This document shows, one piece after another, positions 26,230-32,280 of a DNA stretch of 32,280 nt (position 1 is the stretch's first letter; every line of letters starts with the position of its first letter). The position numbers and the translations under genes are program-made. The DNA is from an uncultured Bacteroidales bacterium (GTDB lineage Bacteria > Planctomycetota > Planctomycetia > Gemmatales > HRBIN36), in NCBI GenBank assembly GCA_964410845.1, contig CAYPJB010000004.1, forward strand, positions 1 to 32,280. Direction: 5' to 3'. The notes under the pieces are model-generated. The model searched no databases. It worked only from the letters and a program-made list of their open reading frames with translations, and had not been told where the DNA came from.

Positions 26230-26778
26230 ATGCGTCATCTGGTAGCAAGCAGCCTGGTTCTGGCCATCCTTGGCCTCAGCATTCAAGCGGGAGAGAAACC
26301 TGTGTCAGACGTACTCAATCACACCGTGAAGAACATCGAAGGCAAAGACGTGAACCTCGCCGACTATCAAGGCAAGGTCGTGCTGGTAGTTAATGTTGCC
26401 AGCAAGTGCGGCTACACCAAGCAGTACACCAATCTGCAAGCCGTTTACGAAAAGTACAAGGACAAGGGTCTGGTTGTGCTGGGCTTCCCCTGTAATCAGT
26501 TCGGAGGTCAGGAACCAGGCAGCGAAGAAGAGATTCAAAAGTTCTGCAGCAGCAAGTATAGTGTCACCTTCCCGCTGTTCTCCAAAGTGGATGTCAATGG
26601 CGGGGGCACGTCAGATTTCTACAAGGCACTCAAGGCCAGCAAGCCAGGCGACATCAAATGGAACTTTGAGAAGTTCCTCATTAATAAAAAGGGAGAAGTG
26701 GTCAACCGCTTTGGCTCAGCCGCCAAGCCTGATGCAGGTGAGTTGCTGGCAGCAATTGAAGCAGAGCTGAGCAAATAG
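26230..26778 (+). CDS. gpx: Glutathione peroxidase (Cys-type), with signal peptide
   Basis: GKVVLVVNVASKCGYTKQY...LGFPCNQFGGQEPG...WNFEKFLI are the canonical GPx motifs. The N-terminus MRHLVASSLVLAILGLSIQAG looks like a signal peptide. Confidence 0.9.
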   Translation: MRHLVASSLVLAILGLSIQAGEKPVSDVLNHTVKNIEGKDVNLADYQGKVVLVVNVASKCGYTKQYTNLQAVYEKYKDKGLVVLGFPCNQFGGQEPGSEEEIQKFCSSKYSVTFPLFSKVDVNGGGTSDFYKALKASKPGDIKWNFEKFLINKKGEVVNRFGSAAKPDAGELLAAIEAELSK

Positions 26779-26815
26779 TTCACTAATCGATAGTGACATA
26801 GCATGAGACGATAAC

Positions 26816-26843
26816 AGCCTTTGGTGAGCGATCACCAAAGGCT
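26816..26843 (+). terminator. Hairpin downstream of gpx
   Basis: AGCCTTTGGTGA gcga TCACCAAAGGCT forms a 12-bp perfect stem followed by TTTGTC. It lies 38 nt after the gpx stop. Confidence 0.55.
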
Positions 26844-26897
26844 TTGTCATGTAGAGTAGCTGCAGCGAAGTGAGATTGTCGGCATGCAACTTGTTAG

Positions 26898-26963
26898 TGT
26901 CAGTAGTATGTCAATAAGTGGTGTATAACAGGTCATCAAAGTGTTCCCATCTTGTCTATATTG
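26898..26963 (+). repeat. Left array of phased 11-bp TGTC-type units
   Basis: The units are TGTCAGTAGTA / TGTCAATAAGT / GGTGTATAACA / GGTCATCAAAG / TGTTCCCATCT / TGTCTATATTG. A KGT core recurs every 11 bp. The first 35 bp are the reverse complement (29/35) of 27120-27154. Confidence 0.7.
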
Positions 26964-27119
26964 ACGTGTTTGTGCACAACTCTAGCGATTGTAGAAGACA
27001 AGTCGAATTTTCCGATTTTGTGAAATTGGTAAAAAGTTCCGATAATTCTTCTTGAAATGCCCATGGAGAGTAGTTACATTACCCCTCGTCGATGCGGGGT
27101 TGGCGGCAGGAGACGCCCC

Positions 27120-27198
27120 CCTGTTATCGACAACTTATTGACATCTTATTGACAGCCTGCCGACACCTTGAACACAGGTTGTTGACAAGTAGCAGACA
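27120..27198 (-). repeat. Right array of seven phased 11-bp units (TGTC on the - strand, GACA on the + strand)
   Basis: On the + strand the units are tgttatcGACA / acttatTGACA / tcttatTGACA / gcctgccGACA / ccttgaaCACA / ggttgtTGACA / agtagcaGACA. The spacing is exactly 11 nt, with unit ends at 27132, 27143, 27154, 27165, 27176, 27187 and 27198. Confidence 0.8.
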
Positions 27199-27256
27199 CA
27201 AGAGCTTCCCAGGATGGGACTTGCTGGGCACGGACGCCCCCCCTATTCTTGTGATC

Positions 27257-28093
27257 ATGCACTATGCCATTTGCAATGAGACCTTTGTGGGCTGGGATCA
27301 CCAGCGTATCTGTACATTTATCGCCTCGCTTGGGTATACTGGGCTTGAAATTGCCCCCTTTACCTTAGGGCCAGCACCGACGCTGTTACCCATGGAAACG
27401 CGGCAACAGTACCGTCAGCAGGCACAGGATGCCGGTATTTCGATTGTCGGCCTGCATTGGCTTCTGGCCAAAACCACTGGTTTACACCTTACCCATCCTG
27501 ATCCTTCTATTCGTATCCGGACTGCTCAGTATCTGGTTGAACTCGGAGCACTTTGCCGAGATCTGGGTGGTTCATTGATGGTGCTGGGGTCCCCACTTCA
27601 GCGGAACCGTTTGCCAGAACTATCAACAGTGCAGGCATTTGAGTTTGCCCTGGATACGCTGAAACAGGCCATGCCCCGACTCGGTGAACTTGGCATCCGA
27701 CTCTGTATTGAACCCCTTGGCACCGCGGAAACCAACTTCATCAATACCTGTGCCGAGGCCAACGAGCTTATCCAGGCTGTCGATCATCCCCTCTGCGTGC
27801 TGCATCTCGACGTCAAGGCGATGGCAGCGGAGTGCAACACCAACGATGATGGTGAAGCGATCGCCCGGTTGATTGGCCGGGAGATTGCTCACACTGGCCA
27901 CTTTCATGCGAATGACCCGAATCGCCGTGGCCCTGGTTTTGGCCCCATGCCGTTCGGCCCGATTATGAAAGCACTCCAGGAGAGCAGATATGCAGGTTGG
28001 GTTTCGGTAGAAGTCTTTGATTACTCGCCTGATCCCGAAACCATTGCCAGAGATTCGATAGCCAACCTGAAACTGGCTGCCAACCACCATTGA
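27257..28093 (+). CDS. Sugar phosphate isomerase/epimerase (xylose isomerase-like TIM barrel)
   Basis: MHYAICNETFVGWD...GYTGLEIAPF...GISIVGLHWLL...LCIEPL...HFHANDPN is typical of the AP-endonuclease-2/xylose-isomerase-like fold. The ORF-track start at 27092 would translate the repeat array and is rejected. Confidence 0.8.
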   Translation: MHYAICNETFVGWDHQRICTFIASLGYTGLEIAPFTLGPAPTLLPMETRQQYRQQAQDAGISIVGLHWLLAKTTGLHLTHPDPSIRIRTAQYLVELGALCRDLGGSLMVLGSPLQRNRLPELSTVQAFEFALDTLKQAMPRLGELGIRLCIEPLGTAETNFINTCAEANELIQAVDHPLCVLHLDVKAMAAECNTNDDGEAIARLIGREIAHTGHFHANDPNRRGPGFGPMPFGPIMKALQESRYAGWVSVEVFDYSPDPETIARDSIANLKLAANHH

Positions 28094-28109
28094 CGAAAAA
28101 CGCTGTTCC

Positions 28110-29483
28110 GTGTCTAGTAATGCACCACTGCAGACAGGGAGGTCTGGCGTGCTGTTATCACTCCGACAATGGTTGGGACTCTGGTTCCTTTTCTGGGATC
28201 TGTTGCTGATTGCTGTTTCCAGTTATGCGCTGGTTGGTGATGCAGTACTTCCACGTCTTCCTTCGCTGCTGTGCCTGGCATTCCTCTGTCTCGTGATGCG
28301 TCAGCTCTACAGTGTGCATCGTCTCAGGCGTGGTCGGGAAGAATTAGTCCAGCTCCTGCAGGCGATGTCATTATGGCTGTTGCTCTTGCTGGTAGTGGAA
28401 CCTATTCCGAACATCAGTCGATATCAGTTGCTTTCGATAGTCGGGCTGGCTTGTCTGCTGCTTTTCGCTGTTCGACGGCTCTGGTGGTATCTGATCGGCA
28501 GTCTGCGTGCGCGTGGGTACAATCCTACGCCTGTCGTCATTGTGGGGACTGGTCGAGTCGCCCGGCGAACTGCTCGGGGGATTGCTCACGCAGGTTGGAC
28601 GGGCATGCATGTACTCGGTTTCATCGAAAATGAGCCAACCCGCTACACGAGTGATTTACCCATCATCGGCAAGGTCGTTGATTTACCAAGGCTGGTGCTG
28701 GAACACGGCATCAGTCAGGTCTTCATCGCTTTGCCTTTGCAACGGTATCACGAAGCCAGGAAAGTCTACGACACCCTCAGCCAGAGTATCGTGGAAGTAC
28801 GGCTGATTCTTGATGCAGCACCCCTCACGCCATTGTCGCTGTCCACTACCAAGATTGACGGCCTGACTGTAGTAGGTCTGCGAGACAATCCCCACCTCGG
28901 GCTTAATCGTGCGGTGAAGCGAAGCATGGATCTCGTATTTGCGAGTCTTGGTCTGCTGATTCTCAGTCCGCTCATGATACTCCTGGCAGCACTGGTCAAG
29001 CTGACCAGTCGTGGCCCCATCTTCTACACACAGGAACGGTGCGGCTTGAATGGCCAGCGGTTCCAGATGGTGAAGTTCCGCACGATGAAGCTGGATGCGG
29101 AAGCAACGACTGGTCCGGTCTGGGCAAGCAGCAAGGATTGTCGAACAACAGTCATTGGCAGTTGGCTTCGCCGCCTGAGTCTGGATGAACTGCCTCAACT
29201 TTTCAATGTGCTTCGCGGGGAAATGAGCCTGGTGGGACCTCGCCCGGAACGGCCCGTCTTCATCGAACGCTTCCGTAAGACAGTTCCCAATTACATGGCT
29301 AGGCACATGGTCAAAGCTGGCATGACCGGTTGGGCGCAGGTACAAGGCTGGCGAGGAAACACCTCACTGCGTCAACGCATTCGACACGACCTTTACTACA
29401 TCACGCACTGGAATCCCTGGTTTGATCTTCGCATCATGGTGATGACTGTCTTCAAAGGGTTCTTTCATCGTAACGCCTATTGA
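28110..29483 (+). CDS. Polyprenyl (undecaprenyl)-phosphate glycosylphosphotransferase, WcaJ/WbaP-like exopolysaccharide initiating enzyme
   Basis: 457 aa with N-terminal TM helices and a Rossmann-like VVIVGTGRVARR segment. The bacterial sugar transferase domain reads KRSMDLVFASLGLLILSPLMILLAALVKLTSRGPIFYTQERCGLNGQRFQMVKFRTM...DELPQLFNVLRGEMSLVGPRPERP. GTG start 16 nt after the upstream gene. Confidence 0.85.
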   Translation: MSSNAPLQTGRSGVLLSLRQWLGLWFLFWDLLLIAVSSYALVGDAVLPRLPSLLCLAFLCLVMRQLYSVHRLRRGREELVQLLQAMSLWLLLLLVVEPIPNISRYQLLSIVGLACLLLFAVRRLWWYLIGSLRARGYNPTPVVIVGTGRVARRTARGIAHAGWTGMHVLGFIENEPTRYTSDLPIIGKVVDLPRLVLEHGISQVFIALPLQRYHEARKVYDTLSQSIVEVRLILDAAPLTPLSLSTTKIDGLTVVGLRDNPHLGLNRAVKRSMDLVFASLGLLILSPLMILLAALVKLTSRGPIFYTQERCGLNGQRFQMVKFRTMKLDAEATTGPVWASSKDCRTTVIGSWLRRLSLDELPQLFNVLRGEMSLVGPRPERPVFIERFRKTVPNYMARHMVKAGMTGWAQVQGWRGNTSLRQRIRHDLYYITHWNPWFDLRIMVMTVFKGFFHRNAY

Positions 29484-29602
29484 TGGTCCGCTCTTGCTGG
29501 CAGTACGGGCTGTGAAAAGTCTAACTTGTCGCACAAAAGTGTCGCCCTCGTTTGATCTCAACTGTATGGTAATGAGATGCAAGTTAGACTGTGGAAGTGA
29601 TT

Positions 29603-30790
29603 ATGAAGTTAGCGATACCCCGTGAGACGACTCCTGGTGAAACCCGCGTCGCACTCGTACCCGAATCGGTGAAGAAACTGCTGGCTGCAGGTTTCACTGT
29701 GGCAATGGAAGCTGGCGCTGGCACCACAGCTGGCTACGCCGATGCTTTGTATACTGAGGTCGGGGCAACGGTCGTCAGTGACAAGGCAGCCTTGCTGCGT
29801 GATGCAGATTTTGTCTTGCGGGTGGGCGTGCCGAGCGATTCGGAGATCAGCCAATATCGTGCCGAAGCGATGCTGTTAACCTCGCTGATGCCAACGAAGA
29901 ATCTGAATGCAGTCCAAGCCTTAGCCAGGCAGCGAGTGACCAGTTTCTCAACAGATGCCATCCCGCGTACCACCCGCGCACAGGCGATGGATACGCTCTC
30001 CTCCATGGCCAATATTTCCGGCTACAAGGGAGTACTGCTGGCAGCCTGCAACCTGCCTCGATACTTCCCGATGTTCATGACAGCTGCAGGTACTGTGCTA
30101 CCAGCGAAGGTCTTTGTCATCGGTGCCGGGGTGGCAGGGTTACAGGCCATTGCCACGGCCAAACGACTGGGTGCTCACGTCTTCGCTACCGACGTACGCC
30201 CCGAAGTGAAAGAACAGATTGAAAGCGTCGGGGCTAAGTACGTTGGCATCGAGTTGAAGCAAAGTGCAGCTGCCGGTGGTGGATACGCCAGGGAACTCTC
30301 GGACGAAGACAAGGCCAGGCAGAAGCAAATGCTGGCGGAACAGTGCGCAGTGTCTGATGTCGTTGTCACCACTGCACTCATTGGTGGGGTGTTTGCCCCC
30401 AAGCTCATCTCCGCGGACATCGTTCGCTCGATGAAGCCTGGCTCGATTATTGTTGATCTAGCTGCTGATGGTGGTGGCAACTGTGAGTTGTCGCAGCCGG
30501 GGCTGCTCCCACAACTCTCCCCATCACGAAATGATGGGGCAGGGGGGGCTGCGACTGGCGGTGTTATCGTCGAAAACGGCGTAACCATCATTGCCCCGCT
30601 CAACCTGCCTGCAAGTGTGCCCTATCATGCCAGCATGCTCTGGTCACGCAACCTCTCCAACTTCCTGCTGGCCTTCTACAAGAACAAGTCCTTCACCCTA
30701 GATTTGAATGATGAGATTCTGCGAGGAGCAATCATCACGCATCAAGGGGAAGTGGTACACGCCAAAACGAAAGAGCTACTTGCCAAGTAG
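29603..30790 (+). CDS. pntAA: NAD(P) transhydrogenase subunit alpha, part 1 (dI)
   Basis: MKLAIPRETTPGETRVALVPESVKKL..., the NAD-binding VFVIGAGVAGLQAIATAKRLGA motif, and VDLAADGGGNCE. The ATG at 29603 is preferred to the GTG at 29591. Confidence 0.9.
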   Translation: MKLAIPRETTPGETRVALVPESVKKLLAAGFTVAMEAGAGTTAGYADALYTEVGATVVSDKAALLRDADFVLRVGVPSDSEISQYRAEAMLLTSLMPTKNLNAVQALARQRVTSFSTDAIPRTTRAQAMDTLSSMANISGYKGVLLAACNLPRYFPMFMTAAGTVLPAKVFVIGAGVAGLQAIATAKRLGAHVFATDVRPEVKEQIESVGAKYVGIELKQSAAAGGGYARELSDEDKARQKQMLAEQCAVSDVVVTTALIGGVFAPKLISADIVRSMKPGSIIVDLAADGGGNCELSQPGLLPQLSPSRNDGAGGAATGGVIVENGVTIIAPLNLPASVPYHASMLWSRNLSNFLLAFYKNKSFTLDLNDEILRGAIITHQGEVVHAKTKELLAK

Positions 30791-30830
30791 CAGTCTTGCT
30801 GCAAGCGTAGACAAGACGAGGAGAGCGTAC

Positions 30831-31214
30831 ATGAGGTATTGTTGGTTCACCCTGGGATGCTGGCTTCTCGGCGTGGCAGTCTGCCAGGCTGAAGAGAAAA
30901 CGGCGGCACCGTCGCACAGCAACATTGACTATGTCTCGATGTTGTTCGTCTTCATGCTGGCGACGTTTATCGGTATCGGCGTCATTCGTCGTGTCTCGCG
31001 TTTGCTGCATACTCCACTCATGTCACTGACAAATGCCATCTCTGCCATCGCGGTAGTGGGTGCGATCATCGTCGCAGGTGGCAAGGAGTACTCAACTCCA
31101 GTACGTATTCTTGGTGCCATTGCACTTTTTGCTTCGATGACCAACATTATTTCCGGGTTCATGATCACCGAGCGCATGCTCAAGATGTTCAAGAGCGATA
31201 AGGAGGCACGCTGA
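30831..31214 (+). CDS. pntAB: NAD(P) transhydrogenase subunit alpha, part 2 (membrane)
   Basis: 127 aa. ...HTPLMSLTNAISAIAVVGAI...NIISGFMITERMLKMFK is the conserved PntA C-terminal membrane segment. A GAGGAG RBS is present. Confidence 0.85.
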   Translation: MRYCWFTLGCWLLGVAVCQAEEKTAAPSHSNIDYVSMLFVFMLATFIGIGVIRRVSRLLHTPLMSLTNAISAIAVVGAIIVAGGKEYSTPVRILGAIALFASMTNIISGFMITERMLKMFKSDKEAR

Positions 31215-32280
31215 TGCATCCTTTGTTGATTGAACTCATCTACCTGGCTGGTACGGCACTCTTTATCTTCTCGCTTCACTGGATGAGCGATCCGAAGACT
31301 GCTCGCAAGAGCGTGGCTGCTGGTGCTGTCGGTATGGGCTTGGCCGTCCTGGCTACCTGGTTCAGGCCGGAAGTGACGGAACACCTCTGGGTGATCATCC
31401 CCATTGCCCTTGCCATTGGGCCAGGCATGTGGCTGGCAAACGTGCCTCTGACAGCAGTTCCACAGCGAACTGCCATTTCGCATGCCTTCGGTGGCCTGGC
31501 GGCAGGTTTGGTGGGTACTGCCAAGTATATCCACTGGTATCAGAACGAACCCGAAATGCTGACTGCCTTCCGCATGGGGGCCATCATCATCGAGATCGTG
31601 CTGGGTTACCTCACCTTTACCGGGTCGCTTATTGCAGCAGGCAAGCTGCAGGAGATCAAGTGGATACCCCAGCGACCTTGGGTGTATAAGGGGCAGAATC
31701 TGGTGAATGGTGGCGCCTTTGCCCTGGCGATACTCCTCGGTTTGCTGCTGATCATCTGGCCGAACACAGCCTTTTCACCAGTGCTGTTCGTGGTGTTGTT
31801 ACTCCTTTCGCTCAACTTCGGCTGGATGCTCGTTATGCCGATTGGTGGAGCGGATATGCCGACAGTAATTGCGATTCTCAACTCGTATGCTGGCCTGGCT
31901 GCAGTAGCGATGGGTTTTGTGCTGGATAACAAACTGCTTATTACAGCGGGTGCTCTGGACGGTTCCAGCGGTTTGATTCTTTCCATCATCATGTGCAAGG
32001 CCATGAACCGTTCGTTCTTTAATGTGCTGTTCGGGGCCTTCGGGCAGGTACAACAACAAACAACGCAGGGCGAAGCTAAGGAGTACAAATCCGATACTCC
32101 CGAGAATGCTGCTGCTATCCTCGAACAAGCCAACTATGTCGTCATCGTTCCCGGTTACGGCATGGCGGTAGCCCAGGCCCAGCATAAGGTACGTGAACTT
32201 TACGATGCACTGAAGAAAAAAGGGGTGACTGTGAAGTTTGCCATCCACCCTGTGGCAGGTCGCATGCCGGGGCACATGAA
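31214..32280 (+). CDS. pntB: NAD(P) transhydrogenase subunit beta (3' end beyond the window)
   Basis: This gene is not in the ORF track because it has no stop within the window. My translation from ATG 31214 (which shares one base, A 31214, with the pntAB TGA stop 31212-31214) gives MHPLLIELIYLAGTALFIFSLHWMSDPKTARK...PIGGADMPTVIAILNSYAGLA...VVIVPGYGMAVAQAQHKV...FAIHPVAGRMPGHM. These are canonical PntB motifs. Confidence 0.9.
   Translation, partial: MHPLLIELIYLAGTALFIFSLHWMSDPKTARKSVAAGAVGMGLAVLATWFRPEVTEHLWVIIPIALAIGPGMWLANVPLTAVPQRTAISHAFGGLAAGLVGTAKYIHWYQNEPEMLTAFRMGAIIIEIVLGYLTFTGSLIAAGKLQEIKWIPQRPWVYKGQNLVNGGAFALAILLGLLLIIWPNTAFSPVLFVVLLLLSLNFGWMLVMPIGGADMPTVIAILNSYAGLAAVAMGFVLDNKLLITAGALDGSSGLILSIIMCKAMNRSFFNVLFGAFGQVQQQTTQGEAKEYKSDTPENAAAILEQANYVVIVPGYGMAVAQAQHKVRELYDALKKKGVTVKFAIHPVAGRMPGHM

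Noticed and set aside
23921-26820. Recurrence of GATAACAGCC just after the stops of the oxidoreductase (about 23925) and gpx (about 26811) genes, echoing the ATAACAGG ends of the repeat arrays
   Set aside because: Exact 10-mer repeats are expected hundreds of times in a 32-kb window (N^2/2/4^10), so the match cannot be separated from chance without genome-wide statistics.
26893-27203. Calling the inverted-array segment a bona fide MITE or mini-Tn7-like mobile element
   Set aside because: The 5'-TGT...ACA-3' termini and multiple subterminal repeats are suggestive. However, I found no matching target-site duplication at any plausible pair of ends (for example gttag versus caaga). There is no second copy and no transposase gene in the window. 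It is kept as a hypothesis under findings and not annotated as a mobile_element.
27092-27256. N-terminal 55 codons of track ORF 27092-28093
   Set aside because: This stretch is simply the 11-bp repeat array read in frame (YRQLIDILLTACRHLEHRLLTSSRHK). Homology to sugar-phosphate isomerases begins at MHYAICNETF (ATG 27257).
29518-29590. 11-bp perfect inverted repeat AGTCTAACTTG / CAAGTTAGACT, 51 nt apart, just upstream of pntAA
   Set aside because: A rough estimate (about 32 kb of positions x about 100 allowed spacings x 4^-11) gives on the order of one such match by chance. There is no supporting internal structure or flanking motif, so it is not reported as a finding.
1-32280. Scan for tRNA/rRNA genes, CRISPR arrays, IS elements, integrases and toxin-antitoxin or known defence-system genes
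   Set aside because: I saw no T-loop/acceptor-stem-like tRNA signatures, no rRNA-like stretches and no regularly spaced 25-40-bp repeats. I recognised no transposase, integrase or defence-gene motifs in any listed ORF. The only periodic repeats are the 11-bp arrays at 26898-27198, which are far too short-period to be CRISPR.

Overview
This is a gene-dense, moderately GC-rich chromosomal segment with about 30 protein-coding genes. I found no rRNA, tRNA, CRISPR array, transposase or integrase. The gene content suggests a Planctomycetota-type genome, but that is an inference, not a demonstrated placement. It rests on a DUF1573 secreted protein, Ser/Thr kinases fused to a TM helix plus WD40 beta-propeller, and a secretin-less Tad-like locus. 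From left to right the window holds the following genes. A partial gene is followed by a HisA/HisF-like TIM barrel (+). DUF374 acyltransferase-like and DUF1573 genes lie on the - strand. A six-gene Tad/Flp-type pilus locus follows (tadE-like, cpaB, tadG-like, cpaF, tadB, tadC; 2958-9382, +). Next come VOC (+), DinB (-) and a 7Fe ferredoxin (-). A large polytopic membrane protein is tightly coupled to a DapL-like aminotransferase (+). Two tandem Ser/Thr kinases (+) abut a convergent aminotransferase (-). ruvX and a small Lys-rich secreted protein lie on the - strand. Then come a 970-aa FAD/Fe-S oxidoreductase (+), a Ser/Thr-rich secreted protein (-), a PhoD-like phosphatase (-) and a glutathione peroxidase (+). 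A sugar-phosphate isomerase and a polyprenyl glycosylphosphotransferase follow (+), and pntAA-pntAB-pntB (+) runs off the right edge. The most unusual feature is non-coding. A roughly 410-bp AT-richer gap (26844-27256), free of ORFs of 60 aa or more, contains two inverted arrays of helically phased 11-bp TGTC/GACA repeats that bracket a 42-codon basic ORF. No listed feature type explains it. Second-tier observations are the incomplete Tad locus with a long structured leader, the tandem kinase module, and several domain extensions.
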